A DNA stretch of 57,739 bases from Trueperaceae bacterium (GTDB taxonomy: Bacteria > Deinococcota > Deinococci > Deinococcales > Trueperaceae): assembly GCA_011390735.1 (NCBI GenBank), contig JAABRV010000001.1, positions 1 through 57,739 of the forward strand. The letters run 5' to 3'. Numbering within the stretch: the first letter of the stretch is position 1; every line of letters starts with the position of its first letter. The notes under the pieces are model-generated. The model saw only the letters and a program-made list of their open reading frames with translations. It ran no database searches and was not told the origin of the DNA. The position numbers were made by a program, and so were the translations under genes. Shown here piece after piece: positions 40,200 to 48,498 of this stretch.

Positions 40200-41030
40200 T
40201 CAGGCGGGCCCCTCGTCGTCGCCGTGGAACGGGCGCGCCAGCACCGTGTCGTCCACCATCAGGCCCAGGCGGAGGAGGTTGACCCTGGGCACCCACAGGT
40301 AGGCCCCGGCGCCCTCGGACGCGACCACCGGCACCGCGATGGCGCGCCCGTCCGGCAGCTTGAGCGCGACCTCGTCGAAGTCGCCGACGACCTCACGCCA
40401 CGCCCGGGCGATCCCGGCGTCGACGGCCACCCCGCCGACCGGCACGCCGGCGGGCGCGAGCCGCACGACGAGGCGGGCCGTACGCGGCCTGCGGGTGCGG
40501 ATCCGCAGCAGGCCGACGTGGACGAGGCGGGTGACCACCGCCCGGGCCTCCTCCTCGTCCATCGCGAGCTCACGGGCGATGCGGGCCACCGTCCAGTGGC
40601 CGTTGACCAGCGCCAGCACGCGCTGCTCGGGCGACCCCAGCGAGCGTCGTGTGCCGCCCTCGTCGGCGCCGAAGGGCACGGCGTCGCGCTCGACCAGCGG
40701 TGGCTTCTCTCCCGCCCGGCGTGACTCGTCCAGCCGCCGCAGCGCGTCGAGCACGATCGCCTCGGTGCTCGTCTCGACGGTCGTGCGCGGCGCGGGCAGC
40801 CCGGCCGTGAAGGCGAACGCGCCCCGCTCGTCGCCGAACAGCGCGTCGACCGCCGCCGGTCCCTCGAGATCGCCGAACTCGGCGTGCCGCAGCTGGCCGC
40901 GATCGAAGTAGAAGCGGGCCCGGCCCGACGGGTGCTGCACGCTGAGGCGGCCCGTCCGTTTCGAGGCGGCGAGCAGCTGGAACAAGTCCACGAGCGAGAA
41001 GAGACCCAGCGTCCCGGTCACGACCGCCAT
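40200..41030 (-). CDS. DUF4388 (PATAN-like) domain protein with a winged-helix-like middle region
   Basis: GTLGLFSLVDLFQLLAASKRTGRLSV is the DUF4388 N-terminus. LALVNGHWTVARIARELAMDEEEARAVVTRLVHVGLL looks like a wHTH. The stop abuts the trmB ATG with no gap. Confidence 0.7.
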   Translation of the reverse strand: MAVVTGTLGLFSLVDLFQLLAASKRTGRLSVQHPSGRARFYFDRGQLRHAEFGDLEGPAAVDALFGDERGAFAFTAGLPAPRTTVETSTEAIVLDALRRLDESRRAGEKPPLVERDAVPFGADEGGTRRSLGSPEQRVLALVNGHWTVARIARELAMDEEEARAVVTRLVHVGLLRIRTRRPRTARLVVRLAPAGVPVGGVAVDAGIARAWREVVGDFDEVALKLPDGRAIAVPVVASEGAGAYLWVPRVNLLRLGLMVDDTVLARPFHGDDEGPA

Positions 41031-41067
41031 GCTACCAGGGGCGGTGTCCGGCCTCGGACGCGCGCCG

Positions 41068-42084
41068 TCAGGCCACCTCGTCCGGGTGCGGGACGTCGAC
41101 CGCGACCACGTCCTCGTCGGTCGGGCCGGCCGCGATCCCCAGGACGCCGTGCGCCGGCGTCCAGTCGCCCGCGTCGGGCCTGGGCGCGGTGACGGCGGTC
41201 CGCGCCACGACCGTCGACCGCCCCTCGAGTTCGAGCGGCGCGAGGCGCCCGACGAGCATGGGATTGACGCCGTAGCGCAGGTGCACGCGGCCCACCAGGC
41301 CGGCGCGCAGGCCGCGCTCGAGCCACGCCCGACCCTCGTCGATGCCGGGATCGGGCGGCCACGGTCGCGCCCAACTGGCCGCGTTGGCCGACGGTTGGAC
41401 CAGCACCTGGGCACCGAGGCCGTCGAACCGCTCGATCACGTGGTGGTACCAGCCGTCGAGGCAGACGGCGACCGCCACCCGACCCACGGGGGTGGCGACC
41501 ACCGGCAGGTCCTCGAGGCGTCCCCGGGCGAGGCCCACGCGCCGCTCCAGCCCGTCGGTGAGGAACACCTTCGGCGCCCGCGCCACGACGGCGCCGTTGG
41601 GCGCGAAGACCAGGGCCAGGTTGTGCACGCGGGGATCGACGACGTGCAGGCCGCGGGCGGCCTCGTAGGCCACCGTCGGGAAGAAGCCGCTGCCGGCGAC
41701 CAGCGTGGCCCCGGTCGCCCGGGCCGCGCGAACGAACGCCGCCGTCCACATCGCGTACGCGTCGACCGCGAGGTCGGCGTAGGCGGCGTCGCCCCAGCGC
41801 CACCCACGACGCAGCGCCAGCGCCGTCCAGCGCGTGCCGCGTCGCCGGAGCAGCGCCCGGACGGCGGCCCACAGACCGTCCTGCAGCCGCTCCCCGACGC
41901 CGCCCGCCGTGGCCAGCAGCGGCAGCGCCCACAGCTCGGGGAACGCGACGAGCGCCGGGCCCGGCGCCCCGACGACGGCCCGGACCGCCAGCTCCTCCAC
42001 CCGGTCCGAGAAGCGCTCGGCCGAGGCGTAGTCCTCGGCGCGCCACCTCGGCTGCACCGCCGCCAGCCGCACCCTGCTGCCCAT
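41068..42084 (-). CDS. Carbon-nitrogen hydrolase (nitrilase superfamily) protein
   Basis: Putative Glu-Lys-Cys triad contexts VAFPELW, RAPKVFL and VAVCLDGW. Start set at ATG 42084. Confidence 0.72.
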   Translation of the reverse strand: MGSRVRLAAVQPRWRAEDYASAERFSDRVEELAVRAVVGAPGPALVAFPELWALPLLATAGGVGERLQDGLWAAVRALLRRRGTRWTALALRRGWRWGDAAYADLAVDAYAMWTAAFVRAARATGATLVAGSGFFPTVAYEAARGLHVVDPRVHNLALVFAPNGAVVARAPKVFLTDGLERRVGLARGRLEDLPVVATPVGRVAVAVCLDGWYHHVIERFDGLGAQVLVQPSANAASWARPWPPDPGIDEGRAWLERGLRAGLVGRVHLRYGVNPMLVGRLAPLELEGRSTVVARTAVTAPRPDAGDWTPAHGVLGIAAGPTDEDVVAVDVPHPDEVA

Positions 42085-42090
42085 GACGAG

Positions 42091-42096
42091 AGCGTA
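42091..42096 (-). promoter_or_regulatory. -10 box TACGCT 6 nt upstream of the C-N hydrolase ATG; leaderless candidate
   Basis: The minus strand reads TACGCT-ctcgtc-ATG. Confidence 0.35.
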
Positions 42097-42126
42097 CCCG
42101 AGCGCCGGGGCGGCGACGCCGACGGT

Positions 42127-42132
42127 TAGACT
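42127..42132 (+). promoter_or_regulatory. -10 box TAGACT 6 nt upstream of the lptF-like GTG; leaderless candidate
   Basis: TAGACT-cggtgg-GTG. Confidence 0.33.
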
Positions 42133-42138
42133 CGGTGG

Positions 42139-43209
42139 GTGACGCTGCGCCTGGGCCGTTACCTGGTTCGCGAGGTCGCCGGCCTCTACCTGCTCGGTGT
42201 CGCCGCCCTCTGCCTGCTGCTGTCGATCGACCTGCTCAGCGTGATGGCGCGCTTCCTGGTCGAGCACGACGCGGGCGCCCCGGCCATCGCGCGGCTGCTC
42301 GTCTTCAAGCTCCCCTGGTTCCTCCACCTCACGCTGCCGTTGGCGGTGGTCTTCTCGATCCTGGTCGCCAGCGGGCGCCTGGCGAAGGACGCGGAGCTCA
42401 AGGCGGCGTACGCGGGCGGGGTGCCGCCGATCCGCCTGCTCACGCCGCTGATCGGCGTCGGCGCGGTCGTGACGGTCCTCGCGCTGGGGATCAACGGCTG
42501 GCTCGAGCCGTGGGGCGAGGCGGCGTACCAGCGCGAGATCCAGGGCTTCCTCTACGCCCGTCCGCCGGCGGCGACGCAGGTCGACGCCGCCTTCGCGATC
42601 GACGGTGTCGGCACCTTCTTCGCCGCGCGCCTGCGCGCCGACCGCGACGACCCGACGCGCGCCGAGCTCAGCGGGGTGCTGGTCGTGCTCGCCGACGGGC
42701 GCACCGTGACCGCCCCGCGCGGCGCCTGGGACGCGATCACCCGGACGTGGGCGCTCGAGGGCGCCCGCGTGACGGCGCCGGGCGATTCGCAGGGGGAACA
42801 GGAGGCGGGCGCGGTGACCCTCGCCTTCCCCCTCGAGTCGACGCCCGAGCAGGCGCTCATGCGCCCCGCGCTGCAGACGCTGACCCAGCTCGTGGCGCGC
42901 GTGGGCGACCTGCGCGAGGCCGGTGGCGACGTCGCCGAGGCGCGCTTCGCGCTGCACCGGCGGCTGGCCGACGCGTCCAGCGCCGTCGTGTTCGCGCTGG
43001 CGGCGGGCGCGCTGGCGCTGCGCGTGCGTGGCCGCGCCGCCGGCCTCGGCTGGACGATCGCGCTCGTCGTCGGCTTCTGGGCGAGCTGGACGCTGACCGG
43101 CACGCTGTTCGATCGCGGCGTCCTGGGCGCCCTCGGTGCGGCCTGGGCCACCCCCGCCGCGGTCGCCGCGGCCGGCGGGGCCCTCGCCTGGTGGGTCGCG
43201 TCGCGATGA
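42139..43209 (+). CDS. lptF: YjgP/YjgQ-family permease (LptF-like)
   Basis: N-terminus MTLRLGRYLVREV resembles the LptF/G start. Three TM helices, a periplasmic beta-rich insert, then three TM helices. The F versus G label is by gene order only. Confidence 0.78.
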   Translation: MTLRLGRYLVREVAGLYLLGVAALCLLLSIDLLSVMARFLVEHDAGAPAIARLLVFKLPWFLHLTLPLAVVFSILVASGRLAKDAELKAAYAGGVPPIRLLTPLIGVGAVVTVLALGINGWLEPWGEAAYQREIQGFLYARPPAATQVDAAFAIDGVGTFFAARLRADRDDPTRAELSGVLVVLADGRTVTAPRGAWDAITRTWALEGARVTAPGDSQGEQEAGAVTLAFPLESTPEQALMRPALQTLTQLVARVGDLREAGGDVAEARFALHRRLADASSAVVFALAAGALALRVRGRAAGLGWTIALVVGFWASWTLTGTLFDRGVLGALGAAWATPAAVAAAGGALAWWVASR

Positions 43210-44273
43210 ACGTCTGGGGTCGGGCCATCGCGCGCGAGATCGCGCCGCTGTACGTCCTCGGCCTGATGGTGCTGACGCTCCTCCTGCTCCTCTCCTTCCT
43301 GCTCGACGTGCTCGCCGACGTCGTGTCGCGCGGGGTCCCCGCGGGCACGGTGGCGGCCTTCCTGCTGCTCAAACTGCCCAGCGCGGCGGCCGCCGGCCTG
43401 CCGCTGGCGCTCCTGTTCGCGGCGCTGCTGGCGCTCTCGCGCGCGACGCAGGACGGCGAGCTGCGGGCCGCGCTGCAGCTCGGCGTCTCGCCGGTCGCGA
43501 CGGTGCGGCCGATCCTGATCGTCGGCGCCGCGGTCGCGCTGCTCACGCTGGCGAACAACGAGATCCTCGTCCCGTGGGCCGAGCAGCGGGCGCTCGAGGT
43601 CCAGCGCGAGATCCTCCTGCGCAGCCCCGAGACCGTGCTGCGCTCGGGCGCCTTCTTCGAGGACGCGCTCGGTCGCTCGATCTTCCTGCGGCGGGTCACC
43701 GCCGACGGCGAGCTCGAGGGCATCACCGTCATCGCCCCGGGCGGCAGCCAGGGACCGCGACAGCTGATCGAGGCGGCCCGCGGCGTCGCCGATCCGGCGG
43801 CGGGCGTGTGGCGCCTCGAGGACCTGCGCCTGCGCTCCTTCCGCTCCGGCCGCACGGTGATCGACGTGCGCGCCGCGTCCGCCCTCCTGCCGGTCCGCGG
43901 CCTGACCGCGGGGGTGGTGGGCAACGTCGATCTCGTCACCCTGCCGCTGCCCGAGCTGCTGCGCCGCGTGCGCGAGGGCGGGCGCGACACCGCCGCCGAG
44001 CTCACCGCCCTGCACCGCAAGGCCGCCGAGCCCGCGGCGGCGCTGGCGTTCGCGCTGTTCGCGGCGGCCGTCGCCTTCGCCGGCGTCCGCCGCGCCGCCC
44101 CGCTGGGCCTGGTGTCCGTCTTCGTCCTGACGTTCGTGTACTACGCCACTTGGAGCGTCGCCAAGCTGCTGGGGGCCCAGGGCACGGTGCCCGCCGCGGT
44201 GGCCGGTTGGGCGCCGGTCGCGCTGTACGCGGGGGCCGGCGCCGTCCTGCTGCTGCGGGCGGTGCGCCGGTGA
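43206..44273 (+). CDS. lptG: YjgP/YjgQ-family permease (LptG-like)
   Basis: ATGA overlap with the previous gene. Same 3 TM + insert + 3 TM layout. N-terminus RAIAREIAPLYVLGL. Confidence 0.78.
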   Translation: MNVWGRAIAREIAPLYVLGLMVLTLLLLLSFLLDVLADVVSRGVPAGTVAAFLLLKLPSAAAAGLPLALLFAALLALSRATQDGELRAALQLGVSPVATVRPILIVGAAVALLTLANNEILVPWAEQRALEVQREILLRSPETVLRSGAFFEDALGRSIFLRRVTADGELEGITVIAPGGSQGPRQLIEAARGVADPAAGVWRLEDLRLRSFRSGRTVIDVRAASALLPVRGLTAGVVGNVDLVTLPLPELLRRVREGGRDTAAELTALHRKAAEPAAALAFALFAAAVAFAGVRRAAPLGLVSVFVLTFVYYATWSVAKLLGAQGTVPAAVAGWAPVALYAGAGAVLLLRAVRR

Positions 44274-47269
44274 GGGCCGCGGGGTCCGGCGCCGTCCGCG
44301 CCCCCCGCCCGCGGGCGCCCCGGCGGCGCGGGCTGGCCACGCTCGCCCTCGTCGCCCTGCTGTCGTGGTCGGGCGCGCTGGCGGCGACCCTGACGATCGA
44401 CACCGGCGACGACCCGAACGCCAGGCTGGAGCTGCGCCGCACGCGACTCCCCAGCGGCGTCGAGGTCGAGTTGATCGTGTTGACCGGCGAACGCGTCACG
44501 CTGACCGTCGACGACCTCGTGATCGTCGGTGCCCGCATCGAGCTCGACGTCGACGCCCGGCTGGTGCGCGTCGTCGGCCCCGGCAGCTTCACGTCCGGCG
44601 AGGAGCGGCTCGAGGGCGTCGATCTGGAGCTGCGGCTGGACGAGGAACGCGTGCGCGCCGTCGACGCGATCGTCTTCACCAGCGCGATCGACGTCACCGG
44701 CGACCTCGCCGAGCGGCTGCCGGGCCAACTGACCTTCACCGAGGGGCTGGCGTCGCCCTGCTCGCGCTGCTCGCAGGAGGTCCTCGACTACGCCTTCCGA
44801 GCCGCGCGGATGACGCTCTTCCCCGGCGACCGGCTGGTCGGTCACGACGTGGCGGTGCAGGTGCGCGGCGTCACCGTGCTGCGGCTACCCGTGCTGGTCA
44901 TCCCCCTCGCCCAGGGCGACCGGCAGCCGCGCCTGTCGATCGCCAGCGGCACGGCGACCCGCCGCGCCGAGGTGCGCCTGCGCTGGCCCTACGTCGCCGG
45001 GCCCGACGGCCTCGGGACCTTCACGGTCCGCTACCTGGCGGACGTCGACCCGACGGCCGACGGCGGGCCCGCCGGGCGCCTGCTCGGCGGCGCCGTCGAG
45101 GTGAGCTACCTCGGCTTCGAGCTCGATCACCGGCTGTACGACGACGTGGGGAGCGGGACGGCGTTCGTCGCGTACGAGCCGCCCCGCGCGGCCGCGCCGG
45201 CGTCGCCCGGCGCGGCCGCGCGCGAAGCCCGCGACGCCGAGTGGACCGTGCGCCTGGCGTACGCGGCCGAGCAGATCGGCGCCGAGCCCAGCGTGCGCTT
45301 CGAGGTCGCCCGCGACGACGCGCGCACCCCGGGCCGCTGGACCTACGTGACCTCCCTGAGCGTCAGCGATCCCGACGTCGCCGGCGTCGGGCTGCGCGGA
45401 CGGGTCGACAGCCAGGGCTTCATCGACACCGACCCGAGCGTCGACCCGCGCACGGCACCCCCCTACGCCGATCGCCGCACCCCGCGGGTCACGGCCCTGC
45501 AGTTGCGCCTCGACCCCCTCGACCTCACCCGCCTGCAGCTGGGGCAGCTGCGGGTCACGTCGGCCGGTCTGGACCTCGGGTTCTTCGAGGACGCCGCGAA
45601 CCCCGTCAACCGGCGCGCCGCCGCCGCCGGCGTGGTCGCCGACGGGCGGCTGGCGCTCGCGCACCAGGTCACCCTGGCGCCCTGGACGGTGTGGAGCGGC
45701 GGGCGACTCGAGGCCGACAACCGCTTCGAGGGGCGCTACTACGGCTCGGCGGAGCGCGCCGTCCAGTGGCGCAGCCGCGTGGCGTTCGGCCAGGCCTTCG
45801 GCAACTTCGGCAACGCCTCGCTGACGTTCACCCGCGACGTCACGGAGGGCGAGACGCCCTTCCGCTTCGACGCGGCGGTCAACCGGTCGCGCAGCGACCT
45901 CGGCTTCGGGGTCGACCTGCGCCCCGCGCCCTGGCTGAGCCTGCGGAGCGACGGCGGCTACGTCCTCGTCGAGAACCGCCGGCCCGAGACGGTCGGCTGG
46001 GCGCCGCTGACGACCCGGCTGACGCTGTTCGGCAACGTCGCGGGCGTGGACGCGTCGCTCGAGCACCGCTGGCCGATCCGCGAGGAGGAACCGGGCACCC
46101 TGCGCGCCAGCGTCTCGCTCCAGGGCCGCCGCGACGCCGTCGACCTGCGCGTCGGGCTGGAGCACCTGCAGGACCTGCGCGTCGAGCCCGCCGAGCCGCG
46201 CGTGGCGGAGACCTTCACCCGCTTCACCTGGCGCGCCGCCTACGACGGCTGGGTCGCGGTCGACGTGACCGCCACCTACCGGCCCGAACCCGCCGCCGAC
46301 GCGGCGGGGCGCGTCCGCACCGTCGATCCGCTCGATCTCCGGCTCGAGCTGGGGAGCCTGCGCACCGGCGAGGCGCGCCCGGGGTTGCGGCTCCAGGCGC
46401 AGTTCGACGCCGAGCTGGAGCGCTTCGAGCGCCTCGACGTCGACCTGCGGGCCCGTCTCGGCCCCGTCGAGCTGGAGGCCCGCGAGCGCGTGACGCTGCC
46501 CGAGACGCGCGTCACCGAGGCGCGGCTCGCGCTCGCGTGGCAGGGCGTCGCGCGCCTGGAGGCGCGCGGCTTCGAGTGGCTGCCACCGGCGGTGTTCGGC
46601 CACGAGGTCGAACCGCGCGTGCGCCAGCTCAGCGTGCAGCTGCGCGAGGAGCGCGAGCGCGGCGCCGGCCGTTGGGAGCTCGGCTGGCGCACGACGCTCG
46701 ACCCGGCGCTCGTGGAGACGGGCCGGCGCGACACCCGCCTGGACGCCCGCGTCTCGCTGCTGCAGGAGAACTTCGGACCCTGGTTCGTCAGCGTCGAGGG
46801 GCTCGGCGAGTGGGCCCTGGCCGACGACCTGCAGCCCGAGGCCTTCCTGCGGCGCGCCTCGCTGGCCTTCGGCGCCGACGTGGCCGAGCGCTTCGGCGTG
46901 CAGGGCCGGCTGAGCTACCAGGCCAGCTACGACCGGCTGCGCGAGGAGCTGGGCCGCAGCGAGCTGACGATCGGCGAGCTGACGGTGGCCGTGCGGCCGA
47001 CCGACCAGCTCACGGTCGGCGCGCGGATCGAGGACGTGTGGGAGTTCGCCCGCAGCGACCCGGCGCGCTCGCCATGGAACTTCCAGCCCCAGGTGTTCTT
47101 CGTGTGGGACCGCTGCTGCTGGGCCCTGGCGGGCTCGTGGAACGCCGAGACCGGCACCGTTCGCCTGTTGTTGACGGGCCCCGGCGCCGACAACGGGCTC
47201 GAGCAGGTCCTCGACACCGGCTGGACGCTGCCCCGCGTGGGCCTGCGCGAGGACGAGGAGCAACCATGA
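44270..47269 (+). CDS. lptD: LptD/OstA-like giant outer-membrane beta-barrel protein (999 aa)
   Basis: GTGA overlap with the lptG-like gene. Signal peptide LATLALVALLSWSGALA. N-terminal OstA/LptA-like repeating beta pattern, then a long amphipathic beta-strand body. Only four Cys residues: C164/C167 and adjacent C949/C950, an LptD-like arrangement. Confidence 0.65.
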   Translation: MRAAGSGAVRAPRPRAPRRRGLATLALVALLSWSGALAATLTIDTGDDPNARLELRRTRLPSGVEVELIVLTGERVTLTVDDLVIVGARIELDVDARLVRVVGPGSFTSGEERLEGVDLELRLDEERVRAVDAIVFTSAIDVTGDLAERLPGQLTFTEGLASPCSRCSQEVLDYAFRAARMTLFPGDRLVGHDVAVQVRGVTVLRLPVLVIPLAQGDRQPRLSIASGTATRRAEVRLRWPYVAGPDGLGTFTVRYLADVDPTADGGPAGRLLGGAVEVSYLGFELDHRLYDDVGSGTAFVAYEPPRAAAPASPGAAAREARDAEWTVRLAYAAEQIGAEPSVRFEVARDDARTPGRWTYVTSLSVSDPDVAGVGLRGRVDSQGFIDTDPSVDPRTAPPYADRRTPRVTALQLRLDPLDLTRLQLGQLRVTSAGLDLGFFEDAANPVNRRAAAAGVVADGRLALAHQVTLAPWTVWSGGRLEADNRFEGRYYGSAERAVQWRSRVAFGQAFGNFGNASLTFTRDVTEGETPFRFDAAVNRSRSDLGFGVDLRPAPWLSLRSDGGYVLVENRRPETVGWAPLTTRLTLFGNVAGVDASLEHRWPIREEEPGTLRASVSLQGRRDAVDLRVGLEHLQDLRVEPAEPRVAETFTRFTWRAAYDGWVAVDVTATYRPEPAADAAGRVRTVDPLDLRLELGSLRTGEARPGLRLQAQFDAELERFERLDVDLRARLGPVELEARERVTLPETRVTEARLALAWQGVARLEARGFEWLPPAVFGHEVEPRVRQLSVQLREERERGAGRWELGWRTTLDPALVETGRRDTRLDARVSLLQENFGPWFVSVEGLGEWALADDLQPEAFLRRASLAFGADVAERFGVQGRLSYQASYDRLREELGRSELTIGELTVAVRPTDQLTVGARIEDVWEFARSDPARSPWNFQPQVFFVWDRCCWALAGSWNAETGTVRLLLTGPGADNGLEQVLDTGWTLPRVGLREDEEQP

Positions 47270-48468
47270 GACGACTCCTGACGGCGCTGCTCGCCGCCGC
47301 GGCGCTTGCCGGCTGCACCGGCACCTTCACGCCGCCGCTCCCGACGCTGTACCTGGTGTTCGTGGAGGCCGACGGCGGCGACCCCGCCCGCGTCGCGCTG
47401 CTCGACTTCGTCGTCACCGCCAGCGAGCGGCGGCTCGACCTGCTGACCGAGGAGGCCTACCGCTTCGGCACGGACGAAACGCTGATCGCGATCGACGTCA
47501 TGGACCGCGTCGAGCGCCAGGAGGCGTGGGTGCTGACCGCCGCCGGCCCCGCCTCGCGCGCACTGACGCTGCACCGGCTCGATTTGCGCGAGCTTCCCGA
47601 CGTGCCCGGCACCGTCCTGCAGCGGATCGGCGACCCGCTGCCGCTGACGGACGCCGATGGGGCCTGGGACGCGGCCTTCTCCAGCGCCACCGCCGTGCCC
47701 ACGGGCTGCCTGTCGAACCTCGTGGTGGCGCCGGCGGGCGACGCCGTCGCGCTGTGGGACCCGGGCACCGGGGCGCGCTGCGGCGCCGTGGCCGACGCCC
47801 CCGACCCGCGCGTCCACGTGCTCGACCTCGCGACCGCGACCGTGCGCGAGCCGATCGGCGAGGCCCGCGCCCCCGGCGTCCGCGCGGGCGACCCCGAGCT
47901 CGGGCGCTCGAACCGCCTGCTGCTCGTGCGACGCCCGACGGCGGTCGACCCGGACACCGTGCGCGTGACGGAGTTCGGCTTCGACGACGCGACGCCGCCG
48001 CCGCTGGCCGACGGCACCCTGGTCGAGCGGTTCCTCGACGTGGCCGGCGTCCCCGGCGGGTTCGCCGCGCTCCGTCGGACCGACGGCGGCAGCGGGCGCG
48101 AGGTCGTCGTGCACGCGCGGGCGGGCGACGAGCCCGCCGTGCGCGCGATGGCGGACGACGCCACGCGGCTGGTCGTCGACGACAGCGGCGCGCTCGCCAC
48201 CCTGGTGACGACCGGCGGCGGCCGCATCGGCGTCACCTACGCGGACGAGGCCGAGCCGCGCGAGATCTCCTTCACCGCCAGCGACCTGACGATCGACCCG
48301 CTCAACGCCTACGCCTTGGCGGTGCGGCCCGGTGGCGTGTGCGTCGTCGACCTGCTGGTCCCGAGCAGCGCCTCGACCTGCGACCTGCCGATCGACGCCG
48401 TGGTCCGCGACGCGCTCGCCGGCGCCCGCTTCGTCACCTGGACGTTCGCCGAGCCCAGCGCGCCCTGA
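47266..48468 (+). CDS. Lipoprotein of unknown family (400 aa), translationally coupled to the LptD-like gene
   Basis: ATGA overlap. Lipobox in MRRLLTALLAAAALAGC. The remainder is beta-rich, and I recognise no motif. Confidence 0.7.
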   Translation: MRRLLTALLAAAALAGCTGTFTPPLPTLYLVFVEADGGDPARVALLDFVVTASERRLDLLTEEAYRFGTDETLIAIDVMDRVERQEAWVLTAAGPASRALTLHRLDLRELPDVPGTVLQRIGDPLPLTDADGAWDAAFSSATAVPTGCLSNLVVAPAGDAVALWDPGTGARCGAVADAPDPRVHVLDLATATVREPIGEARAPGVRAGDPELGRSNRLLLVRRPTAVDPDTVRVTEFGFDDATPPPLADGTLVERFLDVAGVPGGFAALRRTDGGSGREVVVHARAGDEPAVRAMADDATRLVVDDSGALATLVTTGGGRIGVTYADEAEPREISFTASDLTIDPLNAYALAVRPGGVCVVDLLVPSSASTCDLPIDAVVRDALAGARFVTWTFAEPSAP

Positions 48469-48498
48469 CGGGCGCGGCACGCCCCGACGGGCGCGGCC

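Noticed and set aside
43136-44269. Upstream extensions of the long listed ORFs 43136..47269 and 44365..48468 (also 1785..4241, 5061..8450, 6110..9886, 12950..16651)
   Set aside because: The extensions overlap the preceding, well-supported genes in other frames and translate to Arg/Pro/Gly-rich junk. Starts were placed at the first start codon that gives a signal peptide or conserved N-terminus, usually overlapping the previous stop by 1-4 nt.
48467-48497. 12-nt direct repeat GACGGGCGCGGC x2 between the lipoprotein gene and plsX
   Set aside because: It is short, GC-rich and likely fortuitous. Only a weak 5-bp hairpin is associated with it, and I can support no function.
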